64,000 nt of DNA, taken from the NCBI RefSeq assembly GCF_018350175.1, contig NC_058368.1:51957815-52021814 (forward strand). The letters are read 5' to 3'. The notes below the pieces were generated by a model. The model worked only from the letters and a program-made list of their open reading frames with translations. It ran no database searches and was not told the DNA's origin. The DNA comes from Felis catus (lineage: Eukaryota). Positions 1-13,197 of this stretch are shown in pieces (the first letter of the stretch is position 1; the number at the start of each line of letters is the position of its first letter). Both the position numbers and the translations under genes were made by a program.

Positions 1-583
1 AAGTGAAATGAGTCAGAGAAAGACAAAAATCATATGACTTCACTTATAGGATGACTTTAAGAGACAAAACAGATGAACGTAAGGGAAGGGAAACAAAAAT
101 AATATAAAAACAGGGAGGAGGACAAAACATAAATATGGAGAACTAACAGAGGGTTACTGGAGGGGTTGTGGGAGAGGGGATAGGCTAAACGGGTAAGGGG
201 CACTAAGGAATCTATTCCTGAAATCATTGTTACACTATATGCTAACTAATTTGGATGTAAATTTTTTTTTAATTTTTTTTCAACGTTTTTTATTTATTTT
301 TGGGACAGAGAGAGACAGAGCATGAACGGGGGAGGGGCAGAGAGAGAGGGAGACACAGAATAGGAAACAGGCTCCAGGGTCCGAGCCATCAGCCCAGAGC
401 CTGACGCGGGACTCGAACTCACGGACCGCGAGATCATGACCCAGCTGAAGTCAGACGCTCAACCGACTGCACCACCCAGGCACCCCGGATGTAAATTTTA
501 AAAAATAAAAAATAAAATTAAAAAATTAAAAAATAATGAAATAGGATTTGTCAAAAAAATAAAATAATAAAAAATAAATAAAA
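1..583 (+). mobile_element. 3' end of a felid LINE-1 (L1_Fc-type): end of ORF2, 3' UTR, A-rich tail; interrupted by a SINE; runs off the window start
   Basis: Closely similar to 48648-48953 and 23171-23385 (cctgaaatcattgttacactatatgctaactaatttggatgtaaatttt); A-rich tail 500-583. Confidence 0.9.
266..486 (-). mobile_element. Can-SINE (SINEC_Fc-type)
   Basis: Antisense tRNA-like head, (AG)n, T-tail; TSD ggatgtaaatttt 253-265/487-499. Confidence 0.95.
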
Positions 584-585
584 TG

Positions 586-745
586 ATATAGTTAATGGCT
601 GACTTCTCATTAGGAACAATGGAAGCAGAAAGACATTGAAAAAACATATTTAAAATGCTAAGGGGGGAAAAAAACTACCAAATAAGGTTCAATATATACT
701 GAAATTATGTTTTATAAATGGATGTAAAATAAAGGTATTTCCAAT
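586..745 (+). mobile_element. Ancient L1 ORF1 fragment
   Basis: gctgacttctcattaggaacaatggaagcagaaagac resembles the L1 ORF1 C-terminal ADFSxETMEARR motif; degenerate. Confidence 0.6.
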
Positions 746-1404
746 TAAAAAACAAAAACAAAACAAAAAATTAAAAAAAATCTCTGCTTTGGTTTAGACA
801 GTTGCCTTCACTATAAAGACAGTGGTTTTGACTTAGCAATTAAGGCAAAACACTTAAATGAAGAAAGCCCCCGAATTCTGTGAATCCCCGTTTTTGCGTA
901 TTTACTTCCTGTTGCAAGATAGGGAAAGGCCTCTGATAATACACTTAACTCTTTTCCTTCAATTTCTGTTGTTTCTTCCTCCTTCTCTGCTTCTCTTCAG
1001 TTATTATTAGTTAACATTCATTGAGTCTATGATATTTGAGATTTAAAAACAAGTGGGAAGGCATCGTTCCTGTCTTCAAGGAGCTTACAGTCAATACAAT
1101 AGCATTTCCCTTGGAGGTTGTTATTCAGTTAAGAAGAGGAGAAAATATTTCACAAAGGGCCAGATTTTCATTTTCCATTTTCCTTTTCATTTATAATTGC
1201 ACTCTCCATGCTCTGTCCCACTTTGTCCCTGTGCAAAAACATTGTCATCCTCCTACATGAGTTTTCCAAACTTATTTTTTACAACTCACATGCCACCCAC
1301 ATTTGTTCAATCCCCCTTTAATTGTTCACAGAGAGATGTGTCATCTTTGGTTTGAGTTTCTTTGTCTTTAATTAGGAAGTCTGCCTCAAACCCATCCTTT
1401 TTAT

Positions 1405-1428
1405 GGGGGGGGGGGGAGGGGGCGGGGG
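1405..1428 (+). repeat. G-tract, G-quadruplex potential
   Basis: G12-A-G5-C-G5. Confidence 0.8.
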
Positions 1429-2629
1429 AGAGTGTTTCTTTTCCTTTCTCCCGAAATACAACTGGCTACAAATGAGCTTCTCATCTGTTTCAGATTTCCG
1501 TGTGCACGTCTCTTGGGGTTAGTTGGTTTCTTCCATTATCTTCATTAAATATCTTCTGCATGTAAATATTTTGAAAGGAAATGTGAATTGTGCAAGGGAA
1601 GGCAAGGACTTTGAGTGTGAGGCCTCTTTTTATTTGGCTGTGTATCCCATGCTACTTAGGCATGCCTTTGCCTCAATTTCCCCAAATTAGGAATTCCCTT
1701 TAGAGTAATGGCTCTGTTTATTTCATGGACGTTGGAGATAAGAAAAGACTACATAATTAGGCATGGAATGTTTCCATCTGTGTTTAATCTGTTTTTGAGA
1801 TTGTGCAATACCACAAAATATGGTTCCCCATTGCTGTGTTACATAGCAGGAATATGCAATGCTTCATACTCTGTGTAATTCAATGTTTGCTTTGAATTTA
1901 TTAATCAGGGGCATGACTTTATTCTTATTCTGGGGGAAGTTATATTGTTCTGATGAAACAAAATAAGCTTAAATGAATCCACATTGTGAAGATAGCTTCC
2001 TTTGCCTTATAATTTCCCCTCCTGCTCCCTTCACATTAGGGCTTTGCTTCTCTATCCATATATTCTTTCTATGTGCTGAAGGTGAAAGTAACTTTCAAAA
2101 GTTGACAACGCAGTGAAGCTTTTCTCCTTATTCAAACATGATAAAAAAAAATTTAGATCTCTAAGTTTCAGGGGATAAAATTGAGGGGTACCTCTGCTGT
2201 ATTAACACTTTTTCTTTTAAATCTACTTAGTTCATAGCTGGAATTGTTTCTGCTCTTATCCCACCTCAAGGGGAAAATCTGTGCCCATAAAACAGGCAGC
2301 AGTTCTGCTGCCCACAGATTCTTTATTGTATGCAATTGAGGATTACTATAATGCCTTAAGAATATTATTTGATTTACCAACATCTGATTTGCACATGGAT
2401 TTTTAAGAGATTGCATGAAATCATGCATATCATTCTCCACAGAGCAGTCATCTTCTAAAACATTAGATGATTCTTGTCTCTAAGATCTCATGTACGTTTT
2501 CTACTGTATTTAGAAGAGAATCTAAACTACTTACTGTGGCCTTCAAAACCCAAAGTCATTTGACCAATAGCTTACCTCTGCAATGTTATCTCTAACCTAT
2601 TTCCTTTCCTACATTCTTTTACACTAACT

Positions 2630-3790
2630 TGTTGATTTAGTTTTGGAGGACCTAATATGTATCAGGCACTGTTATATACATTGTAAATACAATTGAGAAA
2701 AGGGGGCAGCTGACTTTCCATATGGAATTGGTATCTCAGTGGAGGACAGACTACAAACAAAACAATATGTAATGTATTAGGGATACATCTAGTGAAACCA
2801 AATACAACATGTACTGCAGGGCAAAGATGGAAGAAGATATTTTTGGTGTGGGTGGTTAGGGGAGGTCTCTTTAAGGAGAAAAGGCGTCAATGAAACAATC
2901 ATGAGATTTGGTGGAAGAGCATTCTGGGCAGAGGGAATAGCAAATGAAAATGTCCTGAGGTAGAAATGAGTGTGTGAGTTTGCTGGACAATAGGAAGAGG
3001 AACATTAGTGGAGGGCAATGAAGGAGGGGAACATGGGAGATGAGATCGTAGAGACAGGCAAGGCAAGATCAGGCACTTGGAGGCTTGAGTTGGAGTAGAC
3101 TCTAAAAGTGTAAGAGAGGAAGCTGATGGGAAGTGAGACACATGAGGATTGTTGCAGTTATATAGTGAGGGTTGTTGGGATCTGGGATTCAAAAAATGAC
3201 AGTAGATTCTGGAGAATTGTTTGGATTCTGGAAATAGTTTTAAAGGTTGATCCAAAAGTATTACCGTTGGATTTGATACAGTGTGTAATAGGAAAAAGAA
3301 CTTAAAGATGACTCCTGAATTTTTCTTTAGCCAGAGTCACTATGTAAGGAATGTTCCACTTACTAAAATTGGGAAGACTGAGGAAGGGGAATGATTTTAA
3401 GAGGTGGCAGAGTCATTTAGATGTCCATTGGAAGATGTCTTGGCAATTCAAAACATAAATCTGGATCTTGTAGGAGAGTTTTTGAGTGGGGTATCTAGAT
3501 GGTCTTTAAGCTGAGGCAGTGGATAAAATTAGGGAGTTGATGTGGGTAGAGAAGGGGGCAGAAGAAGAAAAATTGCCTGCACCAGAGACTGTAAAGGATC
3601 GTCAGCTGAGGCAAAAGGAAAGCTGGACCATGTAATGCTCTGGAAACCAAGTGAATAAAGACATGCAAAATGGAGGAAATAGTCAACAATGTCAAATGCT
3701 GTCAACCATACCAAGTGAGGTGAAGACTGTCCTGACAACCAGAGTCAGCAAGATGGAACCCCTGGTCACCTTGACAAGAATGACTGATAG
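2630..3790 (-). mobile_element. LINE-2 relic
   Basis: Typical antisense L2 phrases (aatatgtatcaggcactg; agcattctgggcagagggaatagcaaatgaaaatgtcctgagg; ctggtcaccttgacaagaa). Confidence 0.75.
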
Positions 3791-4039
3791 TGTTAGGGTT
3801 AAACTGGGCCAGTCGATACCGTTTAGCAATTTAGCAACTGGCTAAGATATACACTGAATGCAAAATCCCCCCCAAAACCCAATAGTTTTCTTATGGTTAG
3901 CAATATTCTAATGTAAAGATTAGAATAGCTGAGGTTGCCATAGTTCAGGGTCTTTGTTAGTTTGTGTGAAGCTTGAGTTCATAAAGTAAATGAACACAGG
4001 AGGAGGGTTCTTGAAATGCAGGTGCTCAGGTGCACAGGC

Positions 4040-4240
4040 AGGGTGTGATAAAGACATAGGGCACAGTTTTTAGAATCTCATGATCTGAATTTAAATCCTA
4101 GCTCTTCTCCTGTGCAACCTTCCCTCAATCAACCTCTTGAGTTTTGGTTTCTTTCTACAAAGTAGGAATATTAACCACATCAAGAAATTGCTGCTAGAAT
4201 TAACTGGAACAACATATGCTAAGGGATTAGTAGCACAGTT
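4040..4240 (+). mobile_element. MIR relic
   Basis: ctgaatttaaatcctagctct...aacctcttgagttttggtttctttctacaaagtagg MIR core-like. Confidence 0.55.
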
Positions 4241-7200
4241 ACCTAGTTTCCTTCTCTAAGGACTTACTGACAAGGCTCATGAACATTCTGTCATTGAATG
4301 CTGAAGCTCACACCAAAGGGCTTCTATTTTCTTGGATTTCCTGTATCCTAGAGAAATGAAAATAGTTCAGTCATAACAAATGTCAGCTTCAGCTTAATCC
4401 CAGTGTGGTTATAGTTTATCATTGCTAGGCTCAGAACTCTTTCCTGGAAGGAGCTATTGTGTTGGTTTTCCCCTCTCTCTGTGCACATGCTCCCTCTCAT
4501 CTTTCTCTTAATCCTTCTGTATATTTCTATTTTCTTCTTTCTTTGTCCTGTATTGTATTTCCTTTCATTTTCTGATTTTACAAATAATACTTATTTGGGG
4601 GGAAAAGGAGATATTTTTAATTCTTTAAAAGATGCCTTTAATTGGTGGGGCAGTGCCAGGTAATTTTTCCCTAGGAATTTCCCAGCAGGTGCCTTCTTGA
4701 CTCCCTCTGGCTGCTCCTGCTTTCATGATGTTGAGGGCAAGGGGAACTCATTTCTGTTCTCGTTTAGCAGACAGTGACTGGGCATGATATAAGACTGCTG
4801 TGGAAAGTTCTATGGATCTTCTTGATGACTTTCAACACCTCCCTTTTCCCTGCCACCTTTTCCTTTCTGCACAGTATCTGTCTAGCTGGGCAATCGGGGT
4901 CGTCAGCTACTTACGGAGCTGTGGAGCCTCCACCCTTTGCCTGTTTTACCAGGGTGTCAGTCAGCCGCGTTAGTTCTCCATAGTCAGCCCCCTGAAACTT
5001 CCAGCAGCTGACCGTGCTGCCCAACACTGCTACTCCGCGGTTGTGGCTCAGGAAGCGGAAAGACTTCTGTGCCTGGTGACAAATGAAGACATTTCAGGAA
5101 GCTGAGTCCTGGAGCACTTGGGGAAGCAATTACTCTCCTAAGAGTTGCGGTTTGGCCCGCCTCTTTTGTTTATTGTTTCATGGAGGTAAACGAATCTGAG
5201 AGATCAAGTATGTTCCAAGATGTCCCTTGAACAAGTTTGTAAGCCCCTGTTTTTGGCTAAGTTGTCTTTGTCACACTCAGCTGCCGCTCTGTGAAGAGGA
5301 AGGAGGCCGGCTTTGCTTAGAACTGATTCAGAGGTGCAGGAGGACATGGGACCCATATTCCGACTGGCTCTGGGCTGCCTCTCGGAGCCAAGCAGGTTTT
5401 CCGGGCATGTGTCTAGGATGGCCTTCCAATGCTTACATCAACTTGACAAGCACCTGTGGCCAAGTTTGTTCAGCAAGCTTTTGGTATGGTCTGTGGGAGA
5501 GACTGAGTTGATGATGAGAAGGCTGCTTGAAAATCACATGATGTAAGTTGATGTGCAAATACCCTGAGTTGTTTTTATATGAAGGAAATGTGAAGTTGTA
5601 GAAACATGTACTGAGTTGCTGTTGAAGTTCTTGGCCACAGAGCAGACTGGGCTGGGAGAACTCTGAAAAATCTCGTCTACCTTCATGTCATTTTCCATCT
5701 GTGCCTCAGAAAGAAGTATGGGCAACATTAACCTCGGAAGCCCATCAGCGCTACCAGATCCTGGAACTCACATTAGATTGAATGGTGGGGGAAATCCAAG
5801 TGGCGAATATTGGACTTGATGATTTCAGTCAAGTTTTCTGTTAGAAAGCCTCATCGTTACAAAATGAGCTATATCTTTGGAGGAAATAACTGCTTTTTTT
5901 ATTCACACAACAAATTACAACTAAAGGAAATATTTGAAATTTTCAGAAAGTTCCGTCCTTTGACAAGCATGTCCCTGAAGGTGTTAGCTTCTCAACGTTT
6001 TTTTAACAGAGACAAACAGGTGCATTTACTGTTCTAGGTGGATCACTGGGTCAATGAAGTATGTTAAGCCTAGTTTTGGTCTTTTAAAGGCAACATCAAT
6101 TGCTTTAAAGATCCAGAGCAGCTTCACTCAACTCTTTACAGAATGCTAATCAACCAAGACTTGACTGTTTTCAGAACCCCGTGATAAATCAACTTCATGT
6201 CCTCCCCATGAAAGTCCCAGAGATTTAAAGGAGAATGTTAAGGGCAAGATTTTAAGAGCCACTCTGGCTGCTATTTTTCTGCATAAAATAAACTCCAATA
6301 GCAACAACAGAGGAGTAAGACCAAAACCCCAAACCCAACTGTCCAACAACTGCCAGATGGCTCTTATCTCATAAAAACTCACATAGATATCAAGAAGTCA
6401 CATCAGTAGACAGGCCTGTTGGTTTTTGTTCTTTGTCCCGCCTCCATCACTTGTTATCTTAACTAGAAATTTTCTCTGGAGTGGGAAATAAATAAGATCC
6501 TTCCTTCCACATTTGTATCTACTTTGGAATTGAGGAGAGTCTTGCCCTTTTCCCCCCCCGAGACTGAAATGTGAAGGCTGATGAAAAGCACTCCATTTCA
6601 GGGCATCAGATTCTACTAAATATCAGCAACAAATGCTTATTTTGGCCCCTGAGACACTGTCGAGGGAGTGGTGTTGGGAGCGTGTTCTCTAGAATGAACG
6701 TCTTCGGGCTCTCCGGGAGATACAAGCTTCTGTAGCCTGAAGTAGAACCATATGTGTGGAGTGACATTTTAATTGTTGCTTCATTTTCTGGGTTGAGATC
6801 AGAAGTGTTCTAACACAGAGCATATTCGTTATTGGGAAAGCCCACCCTGTTGATGGCAGAAAGAAAGCATCCAACATAATTCTAGATGCCTCTGATAGTT
6901 CAGCTACACAGGTTTGGCTACTACTAGACTTTTCTCATTTAACAATGAAAAGCCTCCAGAGAGTTTGAGGCTATTCAGAATGCTGGCTATAGTTTAAATG
7001 GTTTAAAATGATCAAAAGGCTTCATGTTCTCCCAAAGCTCCTTTATAATTGTGTTAATTGATGTAATAAATAGCTATTGCTTTCCTAAAGGATTATTTTA
7101 TATAGAATTTTCCAGACATTTTTCTTGACTATCCCCCCAAATTAGTGTTAGTAAAACATGGCATATCCTGCATATTATTCTTCAGCTTTTGCAGAGTATT

Positions 7201-7711
7201 GGCTGTACCTGTTGTGCTATAGTAATTTCTCATTTTTTTGTGCGCATAAAAAATATCTTAGTAGTTACCTGGAAAAGCAGAGGCTATATTATGGTTCTCT
7301 TTTATCACCCTTTCCAGAAGGGGAGACAGAGCTTGATTGTCTCCATACTGGGCATTTGGCTACTAGTGAAGGCACAGGGCTAAGGACAAACCTTTCTCAG
7401 ATCTTGCTGCTAGTTTTGTCTCCTCATCAAGAGCCAGGACTTTGTGTGGACCCTGGGTGTGTATTGGTGAGGCCTTTAGGCACCTTCTCCGGAGCTCATG
7501 ATTTTACATTTGTGCTCAGGGAACAAATTCTGGCTGCCTCTTTAGGAAGCTAACCTTGCTCCACTGTATCTGTCACCGTTCTTGCTCTGTGCTCTAGGTC
7601 TTGGCTTATGAGGGAAATAAACAGAGTATTTTTTTTTTCCTTTCTAGTGTGGTAAAAATAACCGTAAGCAGTCACTGTTTTCCAGCATTTGCTTAAAAAT
7701 GTTATAGTATA

Positions 7712-7921
7712 GGGGCGCCTGGGTGGCTCAGTCGGTGGGGCATTCGACTTTGGCTCAGGTCACAATCTCACTCTCCGTGGGTTCGAGCCCCACGTCAGGC
7801 TCAGGGCCTGAAGACTGCTTCGGATTCTGTGTGTGTGTGTGTGTCTCTCTCTCTGCCCCTTCCCCACTCACACTCTATCTCTTTCTGTCCCCAAAATAAA
7901 TAAACATTAAAAAAAATACAA
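7712..7921 (+). mobile_element. Can-SINE with short internal deletion
   Basis: ggggcgcctgggtggctcagtcgg head, B box ggttcgagccc; TSD aaaaatgttatagtat 7695-7710 / aaaaatattacagtat 7922-7937. Confidence 0.95.
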
Positions 7922-9402
7922 AAAAATATTACAGTATGGTAATTACCATCTGCCACTTAAGAAGTCTGACTGTAGGCCAAGCACAGAAAAAGTGCTGTGT
8001 ATATCCTCTTTCCTTATTGACCCTTCTGTCTTTAGGCACCATGCCCGGACTCGTGACCTTCTTTTTGCTCTTTGATAGCAACAAGTGGGGTTCCATCTCA
8101 CAGCCTTTGAATTTATTGATGACTTTACCTGAATCACTTTGAAATGCACCTCCCTCTCTTTGGTACAACTGATGCTACCTACCACACACAGGCCGCAGCT
8201 CAAGGTTACTTTCTCAAGAAGACTTGGATGATGAACTTCCCTGTCACAGCATTCCCAGCGTTCACTCCTACCCGAAATGATCTTGTTCACTTATCAGCTT
8301 ACGTGTTTCTTTTCTGTCTCCCCTCATGAGACTACACACTTCCACAGAGAAGGAACTTTGCGTCTCTTGTTTGCCCTTCTGTTCCAACATCCAGAGCCAT
8401 TTGCAGTACACGTGGTACTGTGTGTATACACTGACTATAGCCTAGTCGTGGCTCTGCTGCTGGAATAAATGAATGGTCGCATCAAATATTCATAACCGTT
8501 GTATATCATCTTATTAAAAAATAAAGAAACTGGGACTCAGAGAAGCTAAGTAGTTTCCTTGATGACGCAGAGTCAGCAAATAGAATTTTCTATATCACTG
8601 AATTGGTCAGATTTTCATGGTCATCAATAACTGTATCTTCCTTCTCCTCTTTGCCCTTGTCATATTATCGCAAGAATCACCTTGGAGAGGGAATGACCGA
8701 TATGCTTAGCCCCAGGTCGTTTATTCACTCATTTATTTATGCCCTGGCATGCTCTAGTAAAATTTCAGGTGGCTCAGGAACATACGCCCTGAAGCTAGAT
8801 ACTATCCATGGTCAAATAAGTGAAAGAGGAAAAGCATCCTAAGAGTAGATGAGATTAAAAATGTAGGATGAAGCCACGAATGAGATCAGTACATAAAATG
8901 CTCATCAGAAACTGGTGCGTGTTGTAAGAGTAAGCCACATCTTTGGCTTTACATTGTCCAGAAGAGAAAGAACAATTACAGTCTTCACAGTGTTCATAAA
9001 ACAAAAAGTAACCAGTGATTCAAAGGCAGACGAATTTTGAGACCCTAGAGAGATATCCTTGGCTTTTCTCATAACGAAGACATTGTGTGATATAAGGAAC
9101 AATATTCTCAATAGTATCTATATGGTAAATATAGCCGAAATTTTCACTTTTACCCTTATAATGTGACAGCACATCAAAGCCTAAATGAGAAAAAAAATAA
9201 TCCTTTGAGGACCCTAAAAGAAATTCTATAGGGACCCCAAAATAATGCTATTTGGTTGTCCAGCTCTGTCCTGGATGGCTTAACACAAAGGATACATTGT
9301 AGGGGCCATTTTGGAAATACCAGGTTTATATCAGGTCATAAATACTGTTCTCTCTAACCAGGCCGTTCAGTACTGATCAGCATTTGATGGAAGGAGGGTG
9401 AG

Positions 9403-9404
<2 letters not shown>

Positions 9405-9442
<38 letters not shown>

Positions 9443-9453
9443 ACACACACACA
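9405..9453. repeat. (CA)n microsatellite
   Basis: Directly visible, one gt interruption. Confidence 0.95.
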
Positions 9454-10559
9454 CTGGCAACTACCTGGAATGCAAAGACTCTGACTCTGATACTGGTTAT
9501 GTGAGTAATCATAAACTTTGACAGTTAAAGAAATCAGAAGAGGCATAGCCCTGGTGGAGATCATTGCATCTAGGTTAGGAAATCTTGGGAGTTGCATTTG
9601 AATTTGAAGAGTTATTAATGTTAATACATTATTAACTTGTGCAATGGGGAATATGCTACGGCAAATTTCTGTGTTATACTCTTTTCTACCACCTCCTGGC
9701 AGATCTGGGGCATCGGGGCCAACAGCTTGGCATTCCGCATAAGAATGGTTGTTTATTCCTGCCATAGTTCAGGGGAAGTGGAACATTTAATTGTGGGCCT
9801 GAATGGACACTTCATCTCATCTCATGTAAGTAGTGATTTAATTTTGGCTAAATTGATTGAATCACCTGGATGGCTCAAAATATTAAACAGTTCTAATGAG
9901 ATTTCCACACCCCAGCAAGTCATTTTCAACGGTGGATTGATTGTACAAGATGGAAAAGCTTTGGTGTGTCAGGCATGCGTACAGTTGCTGGGAAATAAGT
10001 CAAGGAAACACTAATCAGTTCATTTAGGAACTAATAACATCAGCCCCAAGGCTACAAGAGCCATTCAGACTGGGCTTCCTCCGTGAGGGGCACATGGTCT
10101 CTCTGAACTGGTGGTAGAGTGGATTTCATCAGATAAGCTGTCAAATGCTTCATAGAACATGCCTTGGAGAATTAAGCTTCCACTGTTCATACAATTTTAT
10201 CAGACACTAGCAAAGTAGATTTTCCAGTAAAACAGGAAATTGCCCTAAGGCCATGCTTTTGAACATTTATTCAAGATGTACTTTGAATGCTGTTTCAGCT
10301 GTCATTTATTGCTATCGGCAGAAATGTCTGCTTTTGTTGCAGATGAACAGTTCTCTTTAATCATCAAAATCAACTAAAGTGCGGAGGAAACAAGAGCTAT
10401 AAAATGAGTGTGTGCAAGAAAGGGTGACGGTAGGTAAGTGTGATGCAAGAGCACTTTAAGCTGATTTGGAACATGACTGAGATCCTGAATTGACGACGGA
10501 GAAATTTATAAATTGCTTTCTTTTCATAAGGTTAATAAGGTATACCATATTATGATGTA

Positions 10560-10900
10560 TATGAGGGCAGCATAGCACAAAAGTTAAATGCATGAACTCT
10601 GGAGATAGATTGCCTAGTTCCAAATACCATTCCATAACTTCCAACTTTTGGACTTTGAACAAGTTACTTAACTTCCTTGTGCCTCAGTTTCTTTGTCTAT
10701 ATACTAGGATTAATTACCTAACATATGGAGCTATTGAGAAATTAAGTAGGAAAGCTGTATCACTACACTGCACCCCTAAAACTAATGTAACGATACTCAA
10801 ATAAAACATTTTATAAATAAATACATACATAAATAGATAAATAATAACATGACAAGAAGAATCTAATACTTAGTAAGCACTAGACCATTTATTATTATTG
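10560..10900 (+). mobile_element. MIR interrupted by a short L1 3'-end fragment (~10752-10845)
   Basis: aagttacttaacttccttgtgcctcagtttctttgtctat MIR core; tcactacactgcacccctaaaactaatgtaac plus A-rich tail resembles a carnivore L1 3' end. Confidence 0.65.
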
Positions 10901-12072
10901 CTATAGCTTTTGGCAAAATCTGTAAGGAGTCATATGAAAATTAGAATATAAGTATATTGACTCTAGCAGCAATTCAAAGTGTCAAAATTCATAACTTCTG
11001 AAAGGTATGTCAGTTTAAGATGTTAAGAACCAATATAAAATTTCCAACTTTGTTTAGGGAGTACAGGATGTCTCAGAAATATGGAATGAATATATAGAAA
11101 AGGAAACTCAGCTTTCTAAAAGTAGACTGCAGGATAATTATAAACTTCACATCTTTCAGTAGGAAATAACCTCCTGGTAGATAGATGGCAAATTAGACAA
11201 AACATTTTATTATACAAATATCCCTATCATAGCCAATAAATGAAAAATACAGTTATTTCCCATTTTATCATTTATGAATCCAAGCCAGCATCTCAGGAAA
11301 TGACCAGCTGATTTCATGTGGGATTCATGTGGTTCTCTACTTTCTTCTAATCTCAGAATAGAAAAACCATTAATGTCTTTTGCCTTGAGTCATTTTTGAG
11401 GAGTATCCGTTCATTTCCTCAGTATGGTAAGAGAAAATGAAGCTGCCTTTTTGACATTCGTCTTAAAAGGCAAACTTAAATTAAATGATAGTCCAAATCT
11501 GTAAGGTTTTTACTGCCAGAGAAGCAACGTACTTCAGGTCACTTCAATGTCAGTATGGACAGATGCAAGGCTGACTCCCGTATGACCAGCTGTTTGTCTG
11601 TCAACAATGCACCACAGGACTGGGACACTTTACATGGAAATGTTGACTTTCACTCAACTACTAAGCTTATTCTAGAGATTACAAAACATATCTGTGGACA
11701 AACCTCAGTCTTTGATATGCAAAGAATATAACTTTATTTTGAAGTTTATAAAAGCTCATGACTCAGAATTTGCCAGAATGACTTTCATCTTGACTGGTCT
11801 GTGGAATATTATGCAGTCGTCTCACTGTACATGTCTGGTAAGTAGACAAAATATTATCCCCATCTTAGAGAATGGAAAAGAAGGGCAGTGTAAACCTAAG
11901 TGACTTGCCTACATTACATCCCACAAGGAGATGATAAACTGTATTTCTGGCTCACAATCTCATACTTTCATTTCACTTTAGCTTTGTTTGGAAACAGTAG
12001 GGCATGTGTCTTTGTGTAGCTTTCTGCCCATTTGCAAATATGAATTAATTATATTTCACACTGTATCTATAA

Positions 12073-13197
12073 TATGGTCAATTCTGCTGTAGCACTTATT
12101 TTGCAAATGTGAATTTGCTTCCAACGTGATTAATATGTCAGAAAACAATTAGAATAGGAATGGATTTCTTTTCTTTTTTTTTAATGTGAAATTTATTGTC
12201 AAATTTTTTCCATACAACACCCAGTGCTCATCCCAACAGGTGCCCTCCTCAATGCCCATCACCCACTTTCCCCTCCCTCCCACCCCCCATCAACCCTCAG
12301 TTTATTCTCAGTGTTTAAGAGTCTCTTATGGTTTGGCTCCCTCTCTCTCTAACCTCTTTTTTTTCCCCCTCCCCCATGGTCTTCTGTTAAGTTTCTCAGG
12401 ATCCACATAAGAGTGAAAACATATGGTATCTGTCTTTCTCTGTATGACTTTTTTCACTTAGCATAACACTCTCCAGTTCCATCCACGTTGCTAGAAAAGG
12501 CCAGATTTCATTCTTTCTCATTGCCACGTAGCATTCCATTCTGTATATAAACCACAATTTCTTCATCCATTCATCAGTTGATGGGCATTTAGGCTCTTTC
12601 TATAATTTGGCTAGTGTTGAAAGTGCTGCTATAAACATTGGGTACAAGTGTCCCTATGCATGAATGGATCTCACATTTGCGTAGGTGCAACTCTGCCCTC
12701 AGGAGCGTTAGGTGAACACAGAAAACTATGCTCAGCCGGCTCTGGCAGCCTAGAAACACAAAACTCACCCCACACGCCTCGGACATCCACCAGTTCTCTG
12801 GTCACTGGGTGCATTGTGAGGCTCCCATCTACATCTGCCATTGTAACTTCCCCTCCGGTTTTAGAAAACCCCTCTTCTACCACTCCACAATGACTCACAA
12901 GCTGCAATCCTGCCAGACAGAACTCCTGCAGGCAAACCTCAGGTCTTTTTGAAGTCAAGTGCCATATTCATTATAGTATTTGCATATTCTAAACTCATTC
13001 AGTGTGTGTAAACTTACAACTGTTTAACACGTGCTAGTGTTTCCACCAAGTTCCTATCTTGTTTTTCAGTGTCGCTGATGAATGTTGTACACCTAACCCC
13101 TATTCTCCTATACACTCCGTGGTTCAGATTGCAAGATACCACACAGCACAGGGACTTTTAGAAATGCATGTATCACATTACAGAAGAACCCTATGTG
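12073..13197. mobile_element. TcMar-Tigger non-autonomous DNA transposon relic (Tigger9-like), split by an L1
   Basis: Degenerate terminal repeats (tggtcaattctgctgtag ... cattacagaagaaccctatg) and interior phrases (actcacaagctgcaatcc, caaacctcaggtctttttgaagtcaagtgccatatt) matching remembered consensus. Confidence 0.6.
12169..12661 (-). mobile_element. 5'-truncated felid L1 3' end (second 3' UTR lineage)
   Basis: T-tail, antisense 3' UTR and ORF2 end; TSD gaatggatttc 12158-12168 / gaatggatctc 12662-12672. Confidence 0.9.

Noticed and set aside
7712..7790. tRNA genes
   Set aside because: A/B boxes belong to tRNA-derived Can-SINE heads; no cloverleaf gene
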